A stretch of DNA of 64,000 nucleotides from Chrysemys picta bellii. Taxonomy: Eukaryota. The notes below the pieces were generated by a model. The model saw only the letters and a program-made list of their open reading frames with translations, did no database searches and was not told the origin of the DNA. Positions within the stretch are counted from its first letter, which is position 1; each line of letters begins with the position of its first letter. A program made the position numbers and the translations under genes. Below are positions 1-17,717 of this stretch, piece by piece. The stretch is from positions 2,852,001 through 2,916,000 of the forward strand of contig NC_088794.1 of the NCBI RefSeq assembly GCF_011386835.1, given 5' to 3'.

Positions 1-3000
1 GGGGTTCTGCTCCAGGAGCTCCTTGCTGTTCGACAGCAGCTGCCAGGCTTTGGCACGGAGAGACGAGGGGATCCCCTTCCGACAGCGCAGCTTCACCTGC
101 CAAACAAGAGCCCCTGTGTTCGCACCGCGCAGCGCCCCCTGCTGGGGGGGAGCCAGCGCCCCTCGTCCTCCCCACAGCGCCCCCTGCTGGGGGGGAGCCA
201 GCGCCCCTCGTCCTCCCCACAGCGCCCCCTGCTGGGGGGGGGGGGAGCCAGCGCCCCTCGTCCTCCCCACAGCGCCCCCTGCTGGGGGGGGGAGCCAGCG
301 CCCCTCGTCCTCCCCACAGCGCCCCCTGCTGGGGGGGGGGGGGGGAGCCAGCGCCCCTCGTCCTCCCCACAGCGCCCCCTGCTAGGGGGGAGGGAGCCAG
401 CGCCCCTCGTCCTCCCCACAGCGCCCCCTGCTAGGGGGGAGGGAGCCAGCGCCCCTCGTCCTCCCCACAGCGCCCCCTGCTCGGCGAGGCCAGAGTAGCC
501 GGGAGCTCCCCCCCACAGCCAGCGCCCCGCCCCCTCCCCACAGCGCCCCCTGCTGGGACAGGCCAGGCTGGAGCAGCTGGAAGCTCCCCCCACAGCCAGC
601 CCCCCGCCCCCTCCCCACAGCACCCCCTGCTGGGCGAGGCCGGGGCTGGAGCAGCCGGAAGCTCCCCCCACAGCCAGCGCCCCGCCCCTGCCCACAGCGC
701 CCCCTGCTGGGCGAGGCCGGGGCTGGAGCAGCCGGAAGCTCCCCCCACAGCCAGCCCCCCGCCCCCTCCCCACAGCGCCCCCTGCTGGGTGAGGCTGGGG
801 CTGTGGAAGCTACTCACCTTCTGGAATCGCCGCGAGAGCCATTTATCCCAATGGGAAAACATATCGAGCCATTTGAGCTCCCGCTGCCGCGCCACGTCCA
901 CCGGGATGGCGCTCTCCCTGCGGGGGGGGGCAGGAGAGAGGGGATCAGAGACACGGCGCAGCCACACCCCACCGGCCAGGGACAGCGAGCTTCCCCACAG
1001 CAGTGCCCTGGAGAGAGAGCGGGGCTGTGGCGCTGGGAGCTTCCCCACCCAGAGGAGGGCAAGGGAGGGGACAGGGGGGCAGGAAGGAGACTACCCCCGC
1101 TGGGGTACGTCGGCTCCCAGCCTGCAACGGGAACTGGGGCCCGATCAAGCCATCTAGGTTGTTAGTAATTATAATAGGGACCTCGGCTTCCCCTCACAGC
1201 CCTGCCGGTGCCCCTCACTCCCGAGCTGAGGCCCCCTGCCAGCCCAGCCCTGCCCCCCCCAGCTCTGCCGGTGCCCCTCACTCCCGACCCGCAGCCCCTG
1301 CTAGCCCAGCCCTGCCCCCCCAGCTCTGCCAGTGCCCCTCACTCCCGACCTGCAGCCCCTGCTAGCCCAGCCCTGCCCCCCCCAGCTCTGCCGGTGCCCC
1401 TCACTCCCGACCCGCAGCCCCTGCTAGCCCAGCCCTGGGTTCCCCTGCCCCCCAGCTCTACCAAAGCTCCATCCCAGGGATGTGATGAGCAGGCTTGACT
1501 GCGAAGTGAAATTAACAAGGCCCAGAGTGAAACAGACCAGCCCAGTTTCCATTCCCCCAGCAGGAAGAAGGAAACACAGAGGGGCCCAAACGATTCTGCG
1601 GCCGATTGAGCCAGGGAGATTCTGCTCCAGCCCCGCAGCAGCAGCCCCAGAGCTCTCAGTTCCCACTTCAAAACCCCTCGTGCTGCCGCTTCCCAAGCAG
1701 CCCCCCGCCTCTTCCCTGAGCCCTGCAAAGGGGGAGACCCAGCCCCAGGCGGGAACCGGCTGGCTCAGGGGGAAGGGGAATGGGACGCGGAGCCTTTCCC
1801 CTCTAGATGAAAACCGTGAAGCTATCCCAAGCTGATGCCTTGGCATGTGATGAGTCTGCTGGGTCTCAGCCAATGCGTCCCCAGCCTCTCCATTCCCTCC
1901 CCATGGCTGATGACCAGGCCCCCCAGCAGCCTCACCAGACAGGCCAAGGGCAGAACAGTCCATGGAGGAGGCTCTGGGGTATGTGTGTGTGGGGGGGGGG
2001 ACAGACTGAGCTCGGACTCCACAGGACCTGGGTAGGGAGTGGATGGGCGGGGGGAGGGAGGAGAAACAGGAAGAGCAGGGAGGGGAAACAGGAAGTGGTG
2101 GCTTGGGGCTGCCTCATTGAGAAACTCAGGAAGGGAAGCGGGGGCGTTCGCATGAGCACGGGGCGGGGGAAGGGAGATGTGGGGAGATGCCCCTTCTACG
2201 CCATCTCCCCCCACTGCAGAGCTGTGTCTGGAGGGTCTGTCTCCCTGCACGTATCAGCCCCTCCCCACCCTAACTCTCTCCCCCACGGCCCAGCCCCCCC
2301 AAGGCCCAGTCTCTCCCCCCACGGATCGGCCCAGTCTCCCCCACCAGCATCAGCCCCTCCCCACCCAAGCCCCATACACACACCATACACACACCCAAGT
2401 GTCCCCCCATATCTATACCTGGGCCCAATATCCCTACTCAGTCCTTCCCTAACAGGCCCAGGTTCCGCTCCGCATCCCCTCTGATCTGGCCCCTCATCCT
2501 GGTCTCTCCCCGCTCCCTTCCCCGCCTGGATCAGCCGCTCGGCCCAGCCAATCTGGTCTTGCCTTCTCCCCTCCCCTCGGACTTCCCAACCCAGTTTCCC
2601 CTGCCTCCATATCAGCCCCTGGGCCTAGCTTCCATCACCCTGGCTCCTCCACTCAGTCATCCCCTCCCCGCCCCTGGGCCAGCACACAGCCGCCAGGGAC
2701 TTGGCTGCATCACGGGGCAGGCCTTGAGCCCCAGGGATGGGCTAGATCCCAGCCAGCGTGGAAAGACACTTACTTCAGTCAAGCCACCCATGTGCCGAGC
2801 GGGCCAGGTCTCGGCTCCCCCCCCACCCCCCCCACCCCTGACCAGGGCTAGTTTGTGGGGGGCGAGGGGAGGCAGGACTGGGTGGAGAGAGGGGGCCGGG
2901 CGGGGGAGTGATCTCAAGTTCCCTAGGAGTTTTGTTTCGGCCTGGGAGGGGGATGGAGGGACAGAAACTCCCAAGGACAGGCTCCAGGCGTGGCTCCCCC

Positions 3001-4547
3001 AGGGCGAGATGGGGCTGGGCGGGGAGGCTGAGGCCTGAGGAAGGCACAGGAGATGGGTCGGGAGAGCAGGAAATACCCTTGCTCCAGGCACTCCCTCATC
3101 ACAGCTCTCGGCCTCTCTGCTGAGGCTGCCAAGGCTGGGCCGGGCAGCACCCGCGGGCCCTGTGCGGAACTGGGCTGAGACCGCACACACTCGCTGCCTG
3201 CTGGGGACTGTGAATGGGGGTCAAAGGGGAATGGCCGTCTGACCCTGGGAACAGATGGGAGCTGGTGCCCCCTAGAGGGGAAAGGGCCTGGGTCCCATTT
3301 CCCACCCCCGTGAGCCAGCCAGTCCCCTGCCCTGGCGCCAGACTGGAGCCAGCGCCCCCTAGAGAAGAAAGAGCAAACGTGATGGGGGGCAGCTCAGGTA
3401 CTCACGGCATCCCCGAGTGCTGGTTGCCCCCCAAGAAGCCATATTTGTCTGTTCTGCGGTAGGCCAAGCCATTGATCTCCGAGTCCGAGCCCAGGGAGCT
3501 GACGTCGTCCAAGAAGCCGGGGCCACTCAGGGACTCCAAGGTGCCCGACATGAGGCTGACCGAATCCAGGTAACTCAGGGTGTCTGGAGCCGGTGGGCGC
3601 CTGGGAGGTGGGATTCCAGGACCCAGGCTGGACTGCGACCCCATGTCCTGGGAGGCGGTGGACTCCAGGTCTGCAGGCCTCTCCGTCGCAGTGGGAGAGC
3701 TCTTCTCCGGGGCCACCGGGCTGGGCGCCACCACCACCAAGGCCGGCGAGTGGAAGGGCGCCGGGAGGGGTTTCACCGGGGTGCGCGGGGCTGCGGTTTC
3801 CATGGCGGGAGACGGCGTGGGAGAGGCTGCCGCCGTGGTGACCGTTTCCCTCGGGACCCATCGCCATGTCGGCCCCTGCCATCTGCATCGTTTCTGTGGA
3901 AACCATCCCTGCGGTGGCCGCTATGGTGGCTACAGGTGCCATTGCCACAGGAGACGCCACCGGATCGGTGATGTTGCCCGTCGGCCCCGGACACGCCGTC
4001 CCGCTGCTCGTCGCCGCTGCCACAGTGCCGGTTGCTGGTGCGACGCTGCCCAGCGACGCCGTCGCGTTGCCTAGAGACGCCGCCGCATGGCCTGTAGCTG
4101 CCGGAGACGCCGCCAGGTTGCCTGGAGTTGCCGCCACAGTGCCAGTTGCCGTCACGGTGCCGGGAGACGCCGCCCCACTGCCCGCCGCCGCCGGAGACGC
4201 TGCCCCCGCTGCCCGTCACCAAGGCCGGGCTGCCCGTCACCGCCGGAGACGCCGCCCCGCTGCCCGTCACCAAGGCCGGGCTGCCCGTCACCGCCGGAGA
4301 CGCCGCCCCCGCTGCCCGTCACCAAGGCCGGGCTGCCCGTCACCGCCGGAGACGCCGCCCCGCTGCCCCGAGCCGCCGCCCCGCTGCCCCCCGGGGCCCG
4401 GGCGAGGCCGGACGGCGCCGTGGCCGGGGGTCTGGGTGCCAGCGGGGTTGGCGTCGCCATGGCGCTCATCTTGGCGGCGTAGAGCGCCGAGCGGGGGGCG
4501 TTGTACCGGGGCGGGGGCGACGGGGCGTCGCCAGCCCCCATCTCCAT
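1..4547 (-). CDS. TBC1D10B: TBC1 domain family member 10B, copy 1, exons 1-3 (partial; frameshifted as assembled)
   Basis: Exon 1 3406-4547, exon 2 818-917, exon 3 <1-96, with GT-AG ends. Peptides [57 protein letters not shown] and [18 protein letters not shown] match TBC1D10B. Six +1 insertions relative to copy 2 give a stop at 4152. Confidence 0.9.
128..790 (-). repeat. GC-rich minisatellite (45-75 bp units) in TBC1D10B intron 2; each unit carries a CTCF-consensus motif
   Basis: About 12 copies of gcgccccctgctgg (reverse complement CCAGCAGGGGGCGC) or 1-2 mismatch variants. Confidence 0.85.
1195..1460. repeat. ~60-bp minisatellite in TBC1D10B intron 1 (same unit as the DCTPP1 intron array)
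   Basis: About 4 copies of gccggtgcccctcactcccgacccgcagcccctgctagcccagccctgccccccagctct; about 2 copies at 28865-28995 in copy 2. Confidence 0.85.
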
Positions 4548-4749
4548 GGCGACAGCGGGCTCCTCCCCCCCCGGCCCTGCGGGGGCGGCCTAGTGGCCCC
4601 CACCGAAGCCTGGGCTGGAGTGATGGGGGAGGGAGGCGGAGGCAGGAGCCTCGCTGGGTCTCTGCCTCAGCCCGAGCATCCAGCAACCAGAAGCCAGGGC
4701 GCCCCCCCCCCCCCAGGCGGCGCGCGCAGCCCGGCAGTGCCACGTGGGA

Positions 4750-5490
4750 AGGGCGGCCAATCCCAGGCCGGGAGGGCCAGCCAATTAGAAGGGAGGAGGG
4801 GGAGGGTTGTGGGAGGGCGGGTCCGAGTGGGCGGGAGCGGCTCTGGGATGGGCCAGTCAGGGCAAGGAAGGTCGGGGTTCCGGCCAATCGGGGAGATGGC
4901 GATCAAACGAGGAAGGGCGGGTGAGAGAAGGGCTGGGGCGACGGGGCGGGCCAGTGGGGATGTGGCCAATCAGAGCAGAGGTATTGCCCCAGCCGCCCAA
5001 TCGGAAGGTGAGGTTAAACCAATCAACACAGAGACGGGGGAGGCGGATCTAACGCGACATTTAACCAATCCTAGGAGGACCAGCGTTATGTCAACCAATT
5101 AGCGGCAAGAAGGGTCGCAGCTCAACCAATCAATGTCGGGGACACCTCCAGCTTTCACGGGCTGCCCGAGCGCCTTGTCTGCCGGCCAATAAAACATCGT
5201 AGCGGGAAACTGATCGGCGACTCCTCGGACCAATGAGCGCAGACTTAGGGCGGGAGTGGCAGGCTCCTCGACAAATGGACACCCAAGAGCGGGCAGCTCA
5301 GAATGGGGCGGACTCCGCCAAGGGGGAGGGACCGTTGATGACAGTTGGGCAGTTGATTGGCGGTTGTCTCAACCAATAGGAGAGGGGGGCTGGCGGAAGG
5401 GGCAGCCAATGGGAAGGGAGGCGGGGAGGGGGCCCAGCAGCAGCCAATGAGGAAGGGAGGCGGGGCGGGGCCTAGCAGTAGCCAATGGGA
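4750..5490 (-). promoter_or_regulatory. TBC1D10B CpG-island promoter with a dense CCAAT-box cluster, copy 1
   Basis: About 16 CCAAT/ATTGG pentamers plus GGGCGG boxes directly upstream of the ATG at 4547. Confidence 0.65.
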
Positions 5491-7349
5491 AGGGGGCTGG
5501 GGGTTGGCCGAGTTGAAAAGGATTCTGGGAGTTTGGTCAAGTGGTGCTAGCCCAGCTGGAGGATGGGAAGGAACCAGGACTCCTGGGTTCTCTCCCTGGC
5601 TCTGGGAGGGGAGTGGGGTCTGGTGGGTTGGAGCAGGGGGGGCTGGGAGTCAGGACTCCTGGGTTCTCTCCCTAGCTTGGGGGAGGGGCGAGGTCCCAGG
5701 CTTTCTTAGCAGGTGTTGCCCATGGGGGGGAATTGGAGTCACATGAGGTGAAATGGCAGGTCCCTGGGGGGGGGGTTCACCCATGGGGGTGGCAGAAGGG
5801 GGGGCAGGGGAGTGCAGCAGCCCCTGGAAACATCCCAGCGCCTTTCGGGGTTGGGGGTGGGGTGCAGGGTTGGCTCAGCAGGGCCTGTAGGAGCCCCTGG
5901 GGATGGGGCTACCCTGCGCTGGCGGGGGTGGGGATGGCCCCTCCTCCCACTGGACACTTCTCCCTCTTCCTGACTTTCTTCTTTTCTCTTTCGCATGGAT
6001 CAAGGACCCCCCGTTTCCCCCCGGCCGCTTCCCATCCTGTCTTCGTACGCGAGGGCTGGGAGTCAGGACTCCTGGGTTCTCTGGGAGGGGAGTGAGATGA
6101 GAGTGCGAGGTGGGACAGGGAGCCCGAAAAAGCTGATTGTGCTTCCCGTTTATAACCGTAACACACGGTTGCCCCCCCTTCACCTGCATGAGTGTTCACT
6201 CTGGACCTTAAGGATGGCCATTGCATCATTTGGAGCCTGTTTGCAGAGTCCTTTGGCAGGGAGATTCAGCCTGCTCTGGGATTGGAGGTGGAACTCTGAA
6301 TTGTGGGAGGGGCTTATGCACAAGATTCCCCTCCCCGTCAACTTGCCCCTCAACCCATCCCACCTGGTTTATCCAGCTCGGTCTGCCCCCCTCCCCTGTA
6401 CCAGCCTTGGCACATGGGGCAGGTGGTAGATCCCTATGTGTGTTGGGTGCAGGGCACGAGGCTGGCCCCTAACCAGGGATCGGTGTGCCGTTGGGGTGGG
6501 GAGGGCCGCCCCAGGGCTGGGCAGATGGCGTGAGGGCTGCCAAGTTGTCAGTGGCTCGGAGGAGACAGCTGGTGCCGCCCGTCTTGAGAAGGAAACTTTC
6601 TCCAGGACGCCCAGATAGCCAGGGACAGTGAGAGGGATACGGCGCACACAGGACAGTCCCACACAGTCCCTGCCCCAGGGCACGGACACCCCACTAGCCC
6701 ATTCCCACCCAGAGGCGATCTGCCATGTCTGTCCATCCCCCCCACATCCCTCTATTTATCTCTCCCTCCATCTGTGTCCCTCTCATGGAGATACAAAACA
6801 GAGGCCAAGCGGTGGGGTGGGATGGGGTCACCCCATAGTGGGGACCCTTATTGGGGTGACACAAATGAGAGCAACAGGAGAGATTCAGAGTTCAGGAACC
6901 GGAGCCTTGGATCTTGTAGGGGGGCCCATATTGGGGTGCCACACATGGAGACGCAGAGCTGGGAGGCCCATATGGGGGGCAGATGGGGCAGGAGCATGAG
7001 ATCTGGATCTTTTGGGGGGATCCTTATTGGGGTGACACACAGAGGAGAAGCAGATGGGACGAGAGAGGGGGATTCATAAAGATGTGACTCAGGGGGCAGC
7101 AGATGATGCAAAAGTGGGGGGACCCATACTGGGGGTGACAGTGGGGAGCAGGTGGGACCCAATATTGGGGTGACACCGAGGGGCAGCAGAGGGGGTGAAT
7201 GGGGCAGAAGCAGGTCAGGGAAGCTGGATCGACTGAGGCAGGCTCTATGTTGGGGCAAGACATGGGGTCGGGGGACCCTATGGGGGGGTCATATGGGGCA
7301 GCCTGGGGGCCAAGCAGACTGGAGGGATCCCACCTCTCCTGTCTCCTTT

Positions 7350-7574
7350 CTCCAAGAAAGGAGCGGACCAGCCGGGATCTATTTCAAGCCCTAGGCTCCT
7401 CCGAGCCAAACTTGAAGATGCTGCTATAGTTAGCCCTTGGCACGTCACACCCCCCCGGCACCCCCCGGGAGCTCTATATAACCCCAGGGGGATTGGCAGG
7501 GCTCCCCAGCCTGCCCAGCTTCCCCCGCCAGCAGAGACCTCCCAACAGCTGCGCCCGCCCGCTGAGAGGAGATG
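7350..7574 (+). promoter_or_regulatory. Muscle-type promoter and exon 1 of MYL11, copy 1
   Basis: CArG-like CCAAGAAAGG 7352-7361, MEF2-like CTATAGTTAG 7424-7433, TATATAA 7475-7481, E-box CAGCTG 7546-7551, then ATG|gtaagt at 7572-7574. Same elements occur at ~34850-35072. Confidence 0.6.
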
Positions 7575-10500
7575 GTAAGTGAGACGGACACAGGCAGACG
7601 GACGGACCCCGGGGAATTGAACTGAGACCCCCACACATACACACCGCGGCTTTGGGACACTCGGACCCGCCTGTGGAAAGCTACAGTGTGGAGAGAAATT
7701 ACCAAGGGATCAATCGATATATCTGTCCCCACACACACACCCTACCTACCNNNNNNNNNNNNNNNNNNNNNNNNNNNNNNNNNNNNNNNNNNNNNNNNNN
7801 NNNNNNNNNNNNNNNNNNNNNNNNNNNNNNNNNNNNNNNNNNNNNNNNNNNNNNNNNNNNNNNNNNNNNNNNNNNNNNNNNNNNNNNNNNNNNNNNNNNN
7901 NNNNNNNNNNNNNNNNNNNNNNNNNNNNNNNNNNNNNNNNNNNNNNNNNNNNNNNNNNNNNNNNNNNNNNATCTATCTATCTCCATACACCTCCTCTATC
8001 TAATCTATCCCCATAAACCCCTCTAAATCCATCCATCTATCCCTGTACACTCTATCTATCCATCCCCACATACACTCCTCTATCTATCTTTCTAGCCCCA
8101 TCCTCCCACTCCTCTCTCTCTAGATCCATACACCCCATATCTAGCCATCCATCTATCCAACCCAGTCATCTATCTATCCCCCTCATCTCTATCTACCCAT
8201 CCATCCCCCCACACCCCCTCCCTCCTGCACCTGTCCGTCTCCAGGCATCCCCCTAAGATGGCTCAGGCATGTCCTACTCTCCTGCAGGTTTTGGGGGTCA
8301 CTTCTATCCGGGTCCCTTCCCCCGCGATTTCCCCATGCCATAAGGGTGCTCTGGGCATGGAGGGGGGGAGAGATGGAGTCCGATGCACAGACAGACGGCG
8401 CTTGGGTCCCCATCCCGACCGGATCTCTGTCCCCTTCCACCGCCCTCCCATCGCTGAGACTGTGGGGTCATCTGGGTCCCGACGCCCAACTGAGCCATGG
8501 TGGCGCCATCTGGGGGGGGGAGCACAGAGCCAAAAATTAATCCCTCATGTGTATTGGGGGGCATCAGAATCTGTGTCCCTGGAGTATCGTCCAACCCTAG
8601 GGCTAGACTCTTGGGGAGCCCAAACCTCTCCCTCTAGCCTGGGCAAAAACACCCCACCTTTGACTTAGAGCCAGCTCCCCCAAGGGAAAAAACTGGGATA
8701 GCCTTGTTATCCACTGGGGGACTGTTACCCCCTCACAATAGACACCCCATCTCATAACTGCCCCTAAACACAGCTGAGGCCCCCCACTGGCATTGCTTAA
8801 CAGGTGTTTCCCCATGCCCCCCCATTTCCCCCACTAACTCCCATGCACCCCAATTTCCATGTGCCCCCACTAACTGATGTACATCCTATTTCCCCCACTA
8901 ACTCCCATGCACCCCAATAACTCATATGTACCCCTGTTTTTCCCACTAACTCCAATATATTCCACAATAACTGCTGTGCACCCCAATTTCCCCACTAACG
9001 CCCGTGCACATCCCAGTAATTCTCATGCACCCCCAATAACTCCCATACACCTCTCAATGTCCCCCCATGCACCACAATTCCACCCATATCTCCCCTGCAC
9101 CTCCTTCTAGCCCCCCAATATTGCACACTGCACCCCAATTCCCTCGCTAGCTCCCATGCACCCCCAATAACCCCCACTTCTCTAGGTTCACCCCAAGAGC
9201 TCCCCCAGTCCATCTCTTGGGCTCTGCACCCACTGATCACAGACAGGGAGGATGAGGGTGATATGGGGCACCAGACCTATGTCCAGGGCTCAGATTTGGG
9301 GGCAGGGGGAGGGCATGGTGGCTCATGGCACGGCCTGTCTGCTTTTCTTCCCCTCCACTCCCCCCCCAAAAAAAAACCCCAGGCACCCAAGAAGGCGAAG
9401 AGGAAGGCAGCCGAAGGCAGCTCCAATGTCTTCTCTATGTTTGACCAAACCCAAATCCAGGAGTTCAAAGAGGTGAGGAGGAGGAGGTAGGGTGGATGAA
9501 GGGCAGGGAGGGGTGAGGGTGGGGGGTAAGATTGGCCCCTGCAGTCTAGTCCCCTGTCTCCGGGGGGTGGGATCATCCCACCAAACCTTGATGCTCTAGG
9601 GTGGGGTCCAGGGTTCCGTCTCCCCAAGTCCTCCTCGCTCCCACGACTCCCCGAAATGACCCCGCCTCGCCCAATCCGACAGAGAGATGCCTCCCCGCTG
9701 CGTCCTTCTCCCTGGGGGCGGCCGTCTCCCCAGCTCCCATCCCTCCCGGCACAGACGGGGCCGTTTCGTTCCCCGGATCCTGAGGGCCGGGCGTCTATTT
9801 TGGGGGTTGGAGGGTGGAGACACGACATCTGTGATTGGGTTGGAGGCGCCTTACAAGGAAATCCCTGGAGACGTGGAATTGGGGGAGGGAGGGGTGCCAA
9901 TGGGGCATCTCCATCTTTGCTGGGGGGGTAGCTTCCCTCCCCCCCCCGTCTCTGGAGAGCTCGTCAGTTCCTCCGGCATGCAGCACCTGTCCCCCACGGG
10001 AGGGGGGCTGCGTCGGGACGGGGGCATGCCGCCAGACGGGGATTCCTGGCGTTCCTTCCGTCCCCGAGGAGCCGGGAACAGGGGCTGGGTGACAGGTGTC
10101 TCTGGGGGAACAGCTGCAAGGGGGGGCAGTGGGGGGAGGCCGGGCTGCAGAGATCTATACGGCCCTTGGCATCTCTCCATTCCCATGATCCTTTGCTCCT
10201 CTCCCCCTTAGGCCTTCACCGTCATTGACCAGAACAGAGATGGCATCATCGACAAGGAAGACCTGAGAGACACATTCGCTGCCATGGGTAAAGAGGCGGG
10301 GCCAGACCATGGTGGGAGGGGCTTCTCTGGGTGGGAGGGGCTTCTCTGGGTGGGAGGGGCCATTCCAAGTGGAGTGGGTTCTATCTGGGCAGGGAGGGAC
10401 CTGTTCCAGGAGAGGGGGATGGGATTCCCCCCCACACTTTATAACCCTCCCCCCCCGTTGGCAGGGCGCCTGAACGTGAAGAACGAGGAGCTGGACGCCA

Positions 10501-11815
10501 TGATTAAGGAAGCCAGCGGCCCCATCAACTTCACCGTCTTCCTCACCATGTTTGGGGAGAAGCTCAAGGGTGAGTGACTCCCCCCCATCCGGCTTGGTAC
10601 ATCCCCCTCTCCCTTCATCGAGCTCCCCTTTGGTATGCCCCCATCCCCTTGGTACATTCCCATAACCCCCCATTATGTCCTCCTTGGTACATCCCCATTT
10701 CCTCCCCCTGCTTATGTCTCCATCTTTTCTCCCCCAACTTCCACCCCCACCCTCTGACACATCCTCATCCCCCCCCATCACATACTCATCCTGCTTCCTG
10801 TTACCCATTGGTACATCCCATCCCCCCCAATCACAACCCCATTGGTACATCCCATTCCACCCAACCCACTACCCATTGGTACTTCCCATCATGCTCCCCA
10901 ACCTGCTATGCATTGGTACCTCCCATCCTCCCATTCCCTCCCCATTGGTATGTCCCATTACCGCCCCATCCCATCCCATCCCCCCTTAGCCTCTCCCCTA
11001 TTGGTACATCCCATCCTCCCATTCCCTCCCCATTGGTATGTCCCATTTACTGCCCCATCCCATCCCCCCCATTCACTTCCCCATTGGTATGCCCCAGCCC
11101 CCCAATTCTCGCCCTCTCCGCCCCCCCAGGTGCTGACCCCGAGGACGTGATCATGGGGGCGTTCAAGGTGCTGGACAGCGAGGCCAAAGGCACCATCAAG
11201 AAGCAGTTGTGAGTATCCCTGTTCCCAGCAGGGGGCGCTGGGGGGTGAGCGTGGGGGGGTCTCCCCGGGGCAGGGGGTGCTAAGAGTGACCCCAGCCCTG
11301 AGAGCGCGAAGGGAGGGGGGTCTCCCCAGCAGAGGGCGCTCTCCCCAGGTGTGGGGTGTTGGGGGGGGGTACGCCAGGGCTGAGAAATCAGGGATGTCTC
11401 CCCAGAATTTGGGGGTGTCTGATCGCCACTCTCTCTCTTCCCTCCTCGCAGCCTGGAAGAACTTCTGACCACCCAGTGCGACAGATTCACCCCGGAAGAG
11501 GTGAGAAATTTGGGGGTGACCCCCTGAACCCCAATACAAACCCATCCCCCCAATCTAACCCATCCCCCCCAGATCATCCCATCCAACCTGATCCCTCCCG
11601 CAGCAGCAGTGGGTGCGGTCTGGGATCGAGGGGCACAGACCCTAGCTTTGGGGGTGGGGTCACCCCAATTTTAACTCCCCTCTTGCTCCTGTGTCCCCCC
11701 CCCCCCCCAGATCAAGAACATGTGGTCAGCTTTTCCTCCAGATGTGGCTGGCAATGTGGACTACAAGAACATCTGCTACGTCATTACACACGGTGAAGAC
11801 AAAGAAGGGGAGTAA
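7572..11815 (+). CDS. MYL11: Myosin regulatory light chain, fast skeletal (MYLPF), copy 1, intact 168 aa
   Basis: Exons 7572-7574, 9383-9472, 10212-10287, 10465-10569, 11130-11208, 11452-11500, 11711-11815, all GT-AG and phase-consistent. [49 protein letters not shown]...[20 protein letters not shown]. Confidence 0.95.
7741..8200. repeat. (CTAT/CTAC)n microsatellite in MYL11 intron 1, interrupted by a 220-N gap (7751-7970)
   Basis: atct/ctac repeats flank the gap. The equivalent region is resolved in copy 2 at ~35240-35420. Confidence 0.85.
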
Positions 11816-12092
11816 ATCCAGCAGGCCTACCCAAATTCCCCTGCCCCCCCATCCAGGGGGCTGGCGCTGTGGGGTCCCATCCACCCACACCCCCCAGGTT
11901 GGGGGCATCTCCCCCACATGACGCCAAATCAGCTTCAGTTTTGGACCCCCAAACTGCAGATGCCACTCTTATTTATTGTGATTTTCGGGTGGGGAGCTGG
12001 GACCCCACAACCTTGCCCTTCCCCACCCTGCAGCCAGAGTCTTAAGAAACTGATCAGGACCCGTGTCAAGAATTGAGAAAAAAAAAAGTCTC

Positions 12093-12098
12093 AATAAA
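12093..12098 (+). terminator. MYL11 polyadenylation signal (copy 2 at 39562-39567)
   Basis: AATAAA ~280 bp after the stop, followed by a GT-rich tract (tgtcctgtcctgtcctgttg). Confidence 0.7.
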
Positions 12099-12289
12099 GA
12101 TGAGGAAACCTGTTTTTAACTCTTTCGGTGTCCTGTCCTGTCCTGTTGCAACTGCTTCTGGAGTGGAGCACAGTGGCTGTTTAGATAGGGATCAAGGTGG
12201 GCTAATGAGGTGGCAGTGGTTGAAATCCTGGCCCCACTGAAGTCCGTGTTTGTTTTCCTATAACTTCAGTCAGGTCAGGATGTCACAGC

Positions 12290-17717
<5,428 letters not shown>

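Noticed and set aside
128-790. Regular repeat with variable spacers superficially like a CRISPR array
   Set aside because: Eukaryotic intron, no unique spacers (only G-run length varies) and no cas genes.
10590-11100. Many ATTGG (CCAAT-box) motifs in MYL11 intron 4
   Set aside because: They are part of a degenerate cccattggta(c/t) short tandem repeat, far from a TSS, and no regulatory role is supported.
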